DNA from: Paenibacillus sp. PCH8
GTDB lineage: Bacteria > Bacillota > Bacilli > Paenibacillales > Paenibacillaceae
Reading direction: 5' to 3'
Length of the DNA: 32,000 nt
NCBI RefSeq assembly: GCF_002968835.1
Contig: NZ_PKQK01000008.1
Location: forward strand, 8,357-40,356
Below the pieces are notes generated by a model. The model was not told where the DNA came from. It saw only the letters and a program-made list of their open reading frames with translations, and did not search any database. Below are positions 17,146 through 24,572 of the stretch, in pieces (the first letter of the stretch is position 1; every line of letters begins with the position of its first letter). A program made the translations under genes and the position numbers.

Positions 17146-17169
17146 CACTTATTCATATTACAATCCGTC
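17146..17169 (-). repeat. Solo IS30-type terminal repeat (IRL-like, inverted)
   Basis: The reverse complement of 17152-17169 (GACGGATTGTAATATGAA) is identical to 18 nt of the IS left end (12904-12921). After a 3-nt insertion, AAGTG matches again. Confidence 0.75.
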
Positions 17170-17184
17170 ACAAGTAAAAGATTT

Positions 17185-17216
17185 GTGGAAGTATTTATAT
17201 TCTTCCACTTCTTTTT
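17185..17216 (+). terminator. Rho-independent terminator
   Basis: GTGGAAG (17185-17191) pairs with CTTCCAC (17202-17208), then TTCTTTTT. Confidence 0.55.
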
Positions 17217-17584
17217 GTATTTTCATATGAAATAAGAGAATATATAGGATACTAACTTAAATTTCACATTTTAAAAGCTGAATAAGAATTTTTGTGAGTA
17301 GAAATTTGAATTGGAGAACATTGGGTTTAAGTCACAATTCCCGAGCAGTTTTTTTGTGATATAATCGAAGAATTATAAGTTCCGATAATTTAAAGGTATT
17401 GGAACTTACGAGAGTTAACTTACTTACATTTTAAAGATACTTTACATAATAATATGTATGTTAACTAAGTTGAACATGATTATCTTTTTATTGATAATTT
17501 ACACTTCCATGTATTATGCCCAATTTACTTAATTAAATACATTTAAGTGCACAATATTACAAAAAAGGAGTTGAGTTATACTAC

Positions 17585-18108
17585 ATGTATGAAAACTGGA
17601 AATCATCGGATTCCTTAATTGAAGAATATGAGAGTAGCGGATTGTACATGTCCATTGAATTAGGAATTAGAATGATTGATCCAAAGTCCATTATCGCTTT
17701 ATCACGAATTCCGGTGGAATCACAATTAGAGAGTCTTCGAAATAAAGTCAATAAGCATGGGTGGAAGGATCCAACCCCCGAGGGTTGCACCTTGTACTTC
17801 TTCCGGCCACTGCACATCACGTAGTCTGCAGTGGTGGTAACCACAGAGCAGTAATCAGTAATGAGTTGAAAATAGAGAAAATTCAGGCTAGTGTTTCTGC
17901 TTATTTAAAAATCGATTTACTGTCTGAAGATGAGCTTCTTTATATAGAAGAAAAAGAAAAGGAAATTAGAAGAGTTTTTATGAATATTCGTCAAAAAACT
18001 GAATGTGAGACGAATAACTTACATTCACGGCTGATGGATTTGGAAGAAGAGGTTGATGATTTTAAGAAGAATCTATACTTCAAATATATTCAAAAGCATG
18101 ATGGGTAA
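17585..18108 (+). pseudogene. ParB-like nuclease-domain (ParB/Srx fold) gene split by a frameshift at a C5 run
   Basis: The two listed ORFs (17585..17824 and 17761..18108) join if the C5 at 17775-17779 is read as C6. The joined sequence is ...WKDPTPRGLHLVLLPATAHHVVCSGGNHRAVISNELKIEKIQASV, with a GGNHRA motif like the ParB GxxR box. Confidence 0.55.
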
Positions 18109-18219
18109 AGCATTCCTAAATTGGAGGTGGTTGGGGTTGGTACTTATAAAATATGATTCTACTGACGTAGAAAACCCCAGATAAACCTGGAGCTACTTAT
18201 AGAGCAGAGTAAACACTAT

Positions 18220-19110
18220 ATGTCCAAATCAAAAGCGGACAATACAGTTATATCTTACAAAAGTGACTGGGCACATTTTAAATCATGGTGTATCAAGTAT
18301 GAGCAACCATACTTGCCAACCACCGATGAAGCTTACGGGTCCTATTTAACAAGCTTAGCAGCTTCCGGGTATAAAGTTAGTACGATTCAACGTAGGATCT
18401 CCTCCATATCTCGAGCACATATAATGAAGAAACTAGAATCACCTAATACTATTCATATCAAAACGATATGGTCCGGAATTAAAAGAATCCATGGTTCTGC
18501 CGAGGTAGGAAAGAGTCCAATCACAGTTGACACATTAAAAGAGATATTACAGCATGTTCCGGAGAATAGAATGATAGGTTATCGTGATAGGGCTCTGCTA
18601 TTAATCGGCTTTAGTGGGGCATACAGAAGGTCCGAATTAGTGAATTTTGATGTGAAGGACATCCGAATTACTCCTGAAGGGATGATTATGCGGATCGCAA
18701 AATCAAAAACAGACCAGGAGGGGAAAGGTGAATTCATTGGTATTCCATATGGATCACGGTTAGAGACTTGCCCGGTCCGTAGTTATAATGAATGGATAAA
18801 ACAATCAGGCATCACTGATGGAGCAATATTCAGACCTGTTAATAAACATAGCCATGTTTCAGAAAAGAGACTCTCAGACAAGGCCGTAGCATTGATAATT
18901 AAGAAGTATGTAGCTGCTGTAGGATTGGACCCAGCACTTTATGCCGGCCACAGCATACGTTCAGGTTTTGCTACCTCAGCTGCTATGCTTGGTAAAAGTG
19001 AAAGGTCGATAAAGGAACAAACACGTCATGCTTCTGATGCCATGGTTAGAAGATATATTCGGATGGGTTCTTTATTTACCGAGAATGCTGCTCAAAATAT
19101 CGGCCTTTAG
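18220..19110 (+). CDS. Tyrosine recombinase / integrase
   Basis: N-terminal SAM-like domain, then R (AYRRSEL), HSIRSGFAT (HxxR) and TRHASDAMVRRY (catalytic Tyr). Confidence 0.85.
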   Translation: MSKSKADNTVISYKSDWAHFKSWCIKYEQPYLPTTDEAYGSYLTSLAASGYKVSTIQRRISSISRAHIMKKLESPNTIHIKTIWSGIKRIHGSAEVGKSPITVDTLKEILQHVPENRMIGYRDRALLLIGFSGAYRRSELVNFDVKDIRITPEGMIMRIAKSKTDQEGKGEFIGIPYGSRLETCPVRSYNEWIKQSGITDGAIFRPVNKHSHVSEKRLSDKAVALIIKKYVAAVGLDPALYAGHSIRSGFATSAAMLGKSERSIKEQTRHASDAMVRRYIRMGSLFTENAAQNIGL

Positions 19111-19169
19111 ATAGATTGTAGTATAATGCTATGAATAATAGATATAATTTTATTAACAGGAGGAATCAC

Positions 19170-19748
19170 ATGAGTGAGTATAAGGTCGTGAAAACTGATG
19201 ATGGTTACACAGTTGATTTAGGAGATGGGAACCTTGTTACTGTAAGTAAAGATGAGTTAATTGGTAATATTGATTCCCCTGCACCAAAATTTCAATGGAA
19301 AAATACATTGCAAAGTGTGAAATCAAAATTTCAATTGCCTAAGCCGGTTCGAGCCCTGCTATTTCTTAGAACAGAAGAAGAACGGATGAACTATCTCAGA
19401 AGCATGCCTTCGCGATCTGTTGAGTCATTAACTACTGCCATTGCTTATGTTATTTTAAAGGGCAACGTACTTGAGAAAGCAGTTGAGATGGGAATTGCAA
19501 TACCAGAGAAGGTGCAGCTTTTTATAAATGAAATTGACGCTAAAGTTAGAAAAAGCGGGGAATTAACGGTTGCTGGTGTTAAGTCTGCTGTTCAAACGAC
19601 AAAAAATATTATTGGTGCAGCTGCTGTTGTCCTGTTCGGTATTGTGCTTCTTACTAATCCTGCAATAATGGTCGTATTGCTCCCACTTTTCCTAGCAGCT
19701 GATGTCATAGGACTATTTAAGGACTTTTCAGATAAAAAAGAGAAATAA
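19170..19748 (+). CDS. Hypothetical protein with C-terminal TM segments
   Basis: AGGAGG SD before the ATG at 19170. C-terminal hydrophobic stretch IIGAAAVVLFGIVLLTNPAIMVVLLPLFLAADVIGLF. Confidence 0.55.
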   Translation: MSEYKVVKTDDGYTVDLGDGNLVTVSKDELIGNIDSPAPKFQWKNTLQSVKSKFQLPKPVRALLFLRTEEERMNYLRSMPSRSVESLTTAIAYVILKGNVLEKAVEMGIAIPEKVQLFINEIDAKVRKSGELTVAGVKSAVQTTKNIIGAAAVVLFGIVLLTNPAIMVVLLPLFLAADVIGLFKDFSDKKEK

Positions 19749-19841
19749 TATATCAAGCTGATTTACTTAGATCTATATTCGATTCAGCTAACCCTATATT
19801 GTTTGTAACTTAAAGAAAATTGAAGGGGAACGGTCCTACAT

Positions 19842-20342
19842 ATGTCCAATGACAACAATACGCGGAGTACTGATAGTGAGAAAAGTACCGAAACAATGAT
19901 GTATACACTTCATAGTGGGGTCACGGGAAACATAGAACTGAACAGTACTCAACAAAAGGAATGGTTCAAACACTATGCGGATGGTCGTAAATATATCACT
20001 ACAGAAGGTGGATATATCAGAGGTTTGAATCCCAAACTTGTTTCTATATGTAAAATTAAGAAGAATAGTGAGCTTGGTAATACCTCAGAACCAAATAAAG
20101 AAGTAGTCGATGAAACAAAAACTATTCAACAAAATGAATCAATATTGGACGTAGTTGCTATAACTAAAGTCTCATACAAAATTCAATGTGTCTGCAGCGC
20201 CAGGTATGTCTCTACTTTAAGAGATGAATTAACTAAATTGAACTGTAAATACTGCGGTAAATTACTATATCCGGATCGTTCACGTAATAAAGTGGATACT
20301 ATCTATGGCAAAGCCTGGATAACCACTAATTTAGATTCATAA
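19842..20342 (+). CDS. Hypothetical protein with a C-terminal CxC...CxxC zinc-ribbon-like motif
   Basis: GAAGGGGA SD; 166 aa; CVCSARY...CKYCGK. Confidence 0.5.
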   Translation: MSNDNNTRSTDSEKSTETMMYTLHSGVTGNIELNSTQQKEWFKHYADGRKYITTEGGYIRGLNPKLVSICKIKKNSELGNTSEPNKEVVDETKTIQQNESILDVVAITKVSYKIQCVCSARYVSTLRDELTKLNCKYCGKLLYPDRSRNKVDTIYGKAWITTNLDS

Positions 20343-20385
20343 ATACAGGGATACGATGTTCACGATATTCCCCTTATGGATCTAC

Positions 20386-20414
20386 TTGGCTAAAAAATAA
20401 AGATGTTATACAAT
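20386..20414 (+). promoter_or_regulatory. Promoter of the riboswitch RNA
   Basis: TTGGCT (20386-20391), 17-nt spacer, TACAAT (20409-20414). Confidence 0.55.
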
Positions 20415-20424
20415 GAATAGTACG

Positions 20425-20512
20425 TTAAAAAGCAAACTTACTGAAAAGTGAGGACGCAAAGCCGAGGGTCTAATGTTCCTGTTGGAACTATGACAGCCTG
20501 GTTACCGAAGTT
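20425..20512 (+). promoter_or_regulatory. c-di-GMP-I (GEMM-I) riboswitch aptamer
   Basis: AGCAAAC-CUUACU-GAAA-AGUGAG-GACGCAAAGCC...GGGUCUAA...GUUCC-UGUU-GGAAC...GCCUGGUUACCGA. This parallels the Vc2-type consensus (GGCAAACC..GAAA..GGGACGCAAAGCC..GGCCUAA..GGGGUUACCGA), including the GNRA tetraloop helix. Confidence 0.8.
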
Positions 20513-20541
20513 GAAAATCAATTGATTTAAACCGGTGGAAT

Positions 20542-20571
20542 GGGCTGATCTCTTTAGAGAGGCCCTTTTTT
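20542..20571 (+). terminator. Riboswitch expression-platform terminator
   Basis: GGGC (20542-20545) pairs with GCCC (20562-20565), with an inner TCTC/GAGA stem, then T6. Confidence 0.6.
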
Positions 20572-20576
20572 ATTGC

Positions 20577-20622
20577 AAAAAATCAGCTCCCCATGTTCTT
20601 TGGCGGCCGGGAGCTGATTTTT
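20577..20622. terminator. Bidirectional terminator
   Basis: AATCAGCTCCC (20581-20591) pairs with GGGAGCTGATT (20609-20619). It is flanked by an A-run upstream and a T-run downstream, and it lies directly after the minus-strand stop at 20634. Confidence 0.8.
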
Positions 20623-20633
20623 ACAAGAGCCAT

Positions 20634-20867
20634 CTATACTGCTGTTAATGGCAGGCTGGATTCCAATGGCATTGAAACAAATTTAGAAGAGAATCTCTTC
20701 ACATTCACTGATTTGTCCAATTCTAATTTGATAAGATCCTTTAAACTTTCAAGGACTTCCGTCTCTGTATCTCCAACAACGCTCAACCGAAACTCTGGAG
20801 CGTATGCGCTGACGTTCTTAGAAGAATAGTCTTCTTCAACCAAAATCATAACTTCTCTGCTGTTCAT
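20634..20867 (-). CDS. Single-domain HicB-like (UPF0150-type) protein, paralog of 10568..11002
   Basis: GGAGGG SD 7 nt before the ATG at 20867. VMILVEEDYSSKNVSAYAPEFRLSVVGDTETEVLESLKDLIKLEL shows the same pattern as the tandem domains. Confidence 0.6.
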   Translation of the reverse strand: MNSREVMILVEEDYSSKNVSAYAPEFRLSVVGDTETEVLESLKDLIKLELDKSVNVKRFSSKFVSMPLESSLPLTAV

Positions 20868-21052
20868 ATATTGCCCTCCATGGATAGTGTGTGAGTTATC
20901 TTTTTTATAGTGAAAATGTACTACTTTTAGTACGATTATACCGCATGAATGGGTCATTAGTATGATATGGCATATTTGGACGAAGGTTGACCTTATATGG
21001 AGAAAAATTTGTCGAATAACAGCGAATTAAACAGTAATAGGGGGAAGTCCAC

Positions 21053-21844
21053 GTGCCAAACAAAATATTGACCGCAATTATTGCTGAAGATAACATTGAA
21101 AACCGTGAACAAATGGTGATTTACGCAAATAGGATAGGGATTAGCGTTCTAAGTACCGTCGCGTCCGGCGAATGGCTTATTGACGATTGTATCCGTTACA
21201 ATCCAGATATTGTATTTTTGAAAAATGATCTTAATGGTACTCCAGGATTGATTGCTTATGAAAGACTAATTGATTATGGAGTTAAACCGTATTTGATCAT
21301 CATGGCTGATGAATTGAATACAGAGTTAATGCTAGCAGGGCTTCAGCTGAATTGTCTTGATTTTTTGAATAAACCTGTGAATTTAGTTCGTATGACTGAA
21401 GCCGTAGACAAGGTTAGAATGACATTGGATAGAGACCTGAGCATTACACATGGATCGCCTGGAAGAATCATAAGTCTAAAATCGAGTTACAAGACCATCT
21501 ATGTGAACGAGCATAATCTTATTTATGCAAGTAAGCTTAAAGGGGAGCATCGGACTATCATTTATGCTGAAGGCAGTGAGGATGAGATCATATCTACCAG
21601 CTCACTTAAAGATATCATGAGTCAGTGCTCAAGCAGCTTTTTTATGCCTAATCAGTCTAACATCATTAACATGAACTATGTGTCTAAAGTGTTTGCTAGT
21701 GAGAATACGATTGGGAACTATATCATCTTGTTGCACAATGCTGTTGAAATTGATTTGCCTAGACGTAAACGCAAACTCTTTGAAGAGGCCTTCAAGCTCA
21801 ATAACAAAGATTCTAGTACTTTAAATATATCAAATGAAGATTAA
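21053..21844 (+). CDS. LytTR-family DNA-binding regulator with an atypical pseudo-receiver domain
   Basis: REC-like N-domain (IIAEDN..., DFLNKPV) with Lys at the CheY-D57-equivalent position 57 (DIVFLKNDLNG, codon 21221-21223). C-terminal LytTR pattern (ISLKSSYKTIYVNEHNLIYA...FFMPNQSNIINMNYV). Confidence 0.8.
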   Translation: MPNKILTAIIAEDNIENREQMVIYANRIGISVLSTVASGEWLIDDCIRYNPDIVFLKNDLNGTPGLIAYERLIDYGVKPYLIIMADELNTELMLAGLQLNCLDFLNKPVNLVRMTEAVDKVRMTLDRDLSITHGSPGRIISLKSSYKTIYVNEHNLIYASKLKGEHRTIIYAEGSEDEIISTSSLKDIMSQCSSSFFMPNQSNIINMNYVSKVFASENTIGNYIILLHNAVEIDLPRRKRKLFEEAFKLNNKDSSTLNISNED

Positions 21845-22027
21845 CACCTTATACTGGGACAGCTAATCATCAAGGTATTTATTTGACCAGCTCTTTTAGC
21901 CTGGTCTATTTGCTTTTCATTTCAAGTTTCATAGTACAATGTTTTGTTAGGGGTACCGAGCATGTTATAAAGATCCGTTCGTTGTCCTGCTAAATTTATA
22001 AGAATCAGAAATTTCGCATAAAAGGCA

Positions 22028-22056
22028 TTGACCTATGGTAGATTAATCCATAGTAT
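22028..22056 (+). promoter_or_regulatory. Promoter with an embedded inverted repeat upstream of the HTH-TPR regulator
   Basis: TTGACC (22028-22033), 17-nt spacer, TAGTAT (22051-22056). The spacer contains CTATGG-N9-CCATAG. Confidence 0.5.
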
Positions 22057-22116
22057 TACTTATAAAGAGAAAAACATATAAAAAATGGTTTATTATCTGT
22101 GGAGGTGGAATCTCAC

Positions 22117-23490
22117 TTGGAATCAAATAATGTAAAGACGATCCGAACAGAATTGCTACACTACATAGATCAGAATAAACTACTTATTTATCATTTTGCT
22201 GAGAAATCCGGAATTAATTCAGGTACCTTGAGTAGGATCATTAATGGATCGAAACCTATGCCGATCAGAACCCTTGACAAATTGACTTCAACTATGGGAT
22301 TAGAAGAAGGGGCTTACTATGACCTCTATGTTGAAGAGCTGATGCAGGATCCCTCAACAGATTGGAGAAGATTAAGACCATTCATTGCACGGTGTGCTGA
22401 ATTGAATAAACTTGCATGTGTTGAGCAAGTTGTTGATTTGATGCTGGAAAAATCATATTATATCTCTTCGCTTTTTGATTTTGCAGAAATGTTATACGCA
22501 GAAGGGGATAAATCTGTTGCATTAATTATTTACAAGAAAGTCTCCGAGGGAGAGCGATATCAACATGCAGAGCGACTGGCTGTATGCCAATACAGAATTT
22601 TTAAGTCTACATTAAATGATAACCAAGACCTAAATTTAGAGCGTGCCTTGATATTTGAACCGTTTGTTACAAGACTGAGTGAAACCGAACAGTTAGATGC
22701 ATTAAAGGATCTAGCAAATTTGTATTTGTCACTTAGACGTTGGGACAAAGCATTGAGTCTTGGTGGCGAAATGGGAAGAATTGCAAAAAATCAGTATGAG
22801 CAGAATCATAATCGCAAGCGACAAGACAGAAGCGAAGCCACCCCACAAAAACCCCTCTTTGGCTATATTCTTTACTCACATTTAATTCTTGGGGCTATTG
22901 CTGAAGAGAAACAAGAGTATGTACAAGCCTTACAACATGTTGCACAGTACGAAAATCATGATTGGATTATAGAAAGTGATGCAGCAGCTGAGCAAACAAA
23001 AAAACAATTTCTATCATGGGCTACCGCTAACAAAACTCTTTATAGGTTGATGTCAGGTGAAACTGATCTAATTGATGATTATGTTGAATCCCTGGCAACT
23101 AACGATAGTGAAATATTACGTGCACTTTTTAAGATAGTTAAGGCTGCTCTGAGATATGACATGAACATTGATCATATACTTGAACGGTTTGATGAAACAA
23201 TCCAATCTCAGGTGGTTTCACAATGTAAAGTAGGGTCGTATTCTTCACAGATTATCAATGACCGGTTTGTAATTTTCTTAGCCGACATAGGGGAGTATTT
23301 TTCAAAGAGTTTACGCCCAAAGGTTGGAATTCTCTTTATACTAGATAGTTTGGCAATCTCTGCTAAGATCAAAAATGATGCTTGTATGGTAAGATGCTTC
23401 TGTTTATTTGATGAAGTAAGGGATTCAGCAACAGAAGAGCAGCTCAATAGGTACAAAGCAATTTTAAGGGAGGTTCAATCACACAGATGA
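22117..23490 (+). CDS. HTH (XRE-type) plus TPR-like peptide-sensing regulator (RNPP/AimR-like)
   Basis: N-terminal HTH FAEKSGINSGTLSRIINGSKPMPIRTLDKL, followed by about 380 aa of helical-repeat-like sequence. A secreted pro-peptide gene overlaps its stop. The likely start is the TTG at 22117, after GGAGGTGG; the alternative is the GTG at 22099. Confidence 0.65.
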   Translation: MESNNVKTIRTELLHYIDQNKLLIYHFAEKSGINSGTLSRIINGSKPMPIRTLDKLTSTMGLEEGAYYDLYVEELMQDPSTDWRRLRPFIARCAELNKLACVEQVVDLMLEKSYYISSLFDFAEMLYAEGDKSVALIIYKKVSEGERYQHAERLAVCQYRIFKSTLNDNQDLNLERALIFEPFVTRLSETEQLDALKDLANLYLSLRRWDKALSLGGEMGRIAKNQYEQNHNRKRQDRSEATPQKPLFGYILYSHLILGAIAEEKQEYVQALQHVAQYENHDWIIESDAAAEQTKKQFLSWATANKTLYRLMSGETDLIDDYVESLATNDSEILRALFKIVKAALRYDMNIDHILERFDETIQSQVVSQCKVGSYSSQIINDRFVIFLADIGEYFSKSLRPKVGILFILDSLAISAKIKNDACMVRCFCLFDEVRDSATEEQLNRYKAILREVQSHR

Positions 23491-23651
23491 AAAAAAAATC
23501 AATTTTAGTCTCTGCGTTTGTGGTTCTGGCAATCCTGGTATTCACTCCATTAAACCAGGTATCAGCAAATACGGATGTTACTAAACCTGCTGTCCCCGTT
23601 TCTCCGAACACCACAGTAACGACCACTTCACACGGTGAAGGCGGTTGGTAG
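23487..23651 (+). CDS. Secreted signalling pro-peptide (54 aa), not in the ORF track
   Basis: ATGA overlap with the regulator stop. MKKKSILVSAFVVLAILVFTPLNQVSA|NTDVTKPAVPVSPNTTVTTTSHGEGGW has an n-h-c signal peptide with a VSA cleavage motif. Terminator directly downstream. Confidence 0.6.
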   Translation: MKKKSILVSAFVVLAILVFTPLNQVSANTDVTKPAVPVSPNTTVTTTSHGEGGW

Positions 23652-23669
23652 AAGTTTAACGACCTTCGT

Positions 23670-23698
23670 AAGCCTCCATGTTAAAGGAGGCTTTTTTT
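23670..23698 (+). terminator. Rho-independent terminator
   Basis: AAGCCTCC (23670-23677) pairs with GGAGGCTT (23686-23693), then T7. Confidence 0.8.
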
Positions 23699-23773
23699 AT
23701 TGAATTTTTGTTCATATGATTAAGTCAATAATTTGAGCAGAAACCGATAGGATATATATTGAGGTGAATCATT

Positions 23774-23944
23774 ATGATTAAAAGTTCAGATATGAGCACT
23801 TTGGAACAAGAGAGACAGTGCCTAAATAAATTAGTAAACTTATATGGGCTTGCACACCCTTTAGTCATAAAACAATCTGAACGATTAGATGAAGTAATAA
23901 ATCAGCACTATAAAAATTACATAAATCGTATCAATGAGGGTTAA
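23774..23944 (+). CDS. Spo0E-like aspartyl-phosphate phosphatase (56 aa), not in the ORF track
   Basis: GAGGTG SD. LEQERQCLNKLVNLYGLAHPLVIKQSERLDEVINQHY fits the Spo0E family pattern (...SQ.LD.LI..Y). Confidence 0.6.
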   Translation: MIKSSDMSTLEQERQCLNKLVNLYGLAHPLVIKQSERLDEVINQHYKNYINRINEG

Positions 23945-24351
23945 CTCGCTCTTGTATCTGGTAGAGTCCCTGAATTAAATTACGTTATCTTTCATCTGAT
24001 AAGTCCAGGCTAAATAGAAATTTATTGAGGTGTTCACCCCATCATTTAATGTTGGGGTATCTTTTTGATTGTTCAAATAGTCTGATTGTAGGGATACCCT
24101 TACTCGCTTTAATGTTGCTGGTGCTTTTTGGTTTAGCGGGAATTGTTGATTTATTACTACAAAACTAATTGATGTAATCAGTGGATTGAGTGGAAAGTTC
24201 TATGGTTACTTTGAGGAATTTAATACCAAACAACAATGAAGACTGGGTATTATAATGTAGGCAGACCTCTCATTAAAATAAGTATAGAGAGCGATTGCGT
24301 TCAAGAAATGTAACTGATTGTTCAGAATTAATTCATTATTACCCCAAGGTT

Positions 24352-24428
24352 GCATATACATTGTATATGTTATATAGTGGTGCTATAATTGCCATAACGT
24401 TATAAGTAACGTTACCTAGTAACGTTAC
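24352..24428 (+). promoter_or_regulatory. Strong extended -10 promoter embedded in four palindromes (operator cluster)
   Basis: TGcTATAAT (24381-24389). CATATAC-ATT-GTATATG (24352-24368) overlaps the -35 region. ATAACGTTAT (24394-24403), GTAACGTTAC (24406-24415) and GTAACGTTAC (24419-24428) lie just downstream. Confidence 0.55.
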
Positions 24429-24572
24429 ATAAAGACAGATTAAAGCAGTAGCAGTAGTGCCACTCTTATTTACAGCTAGGATTCCCTCGCTAAAAGTAGT
24501 CCTAGCAGTAATGCATTAAGTAAGTCAAAAATGAGCATTTAACAGTTGGCGCTGTTAATGCTTCTTTTTTTT
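24396..24572 (+). ncRNA. Candidate small RNA of about 175 nt (possible type I antitoxin)
   Basis: Bounded by the promoter above and a terminator hairpin at 24534-24562 plus a T-run. It contains no ORF and is convergent with the small hydrophobic ORF on the minus strand. Confidence 0.35.
24534..24572. terminator. Bidirectional terminator shared by convergent transcripts
   Basis: AGCATTTAACAG (24534-24545) pairs with CTGTTAATGCT (24552-24562) with one bulge. There is a T-run after it on the plus strand and a TTTTT after it on the minus strand. Confidence 0.65.

Noticed and set aside
17585-18108. Treating the ParB-like gene as the ParB component of the PRTRC-like cassette
   Set aside because: It lies 12 kb from the ThiF gene. 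Unrelated modules with their own terminators and an IS separate the two, so linkage cannot be claimed from this window.
20593-20829. 78-aa + strand ORF as the gene regulated by the c-di-GMP riboswitch
   Set aside because: It starts inside the bidirectional terminator, has no SD, and is antisense to the HicB-like gene, which has an SD and a paralog.
23444-23626. 60-aa minus-strand ORF, together with 22560..22748- and 23208..23456-
   Set aside because: They are antisense to the regulator and to the signal-peptide-bearing pro-peptide ORF, which has the better context (ATGA coupling and a terminator).
24049-24168. 39-aa hydrophobic + strand ORF (MLGYLFDCSNSLIVGIPLLALMLLVLFGLAGIVDLLLQN) as a second small membrane peptide or toxin
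   Set aside because: The nearest SD-like GAGGTG is 16 nt from the ATG, and there is no obvious promoter, terminator or antisense partner. I kept it only as a weak possibility.
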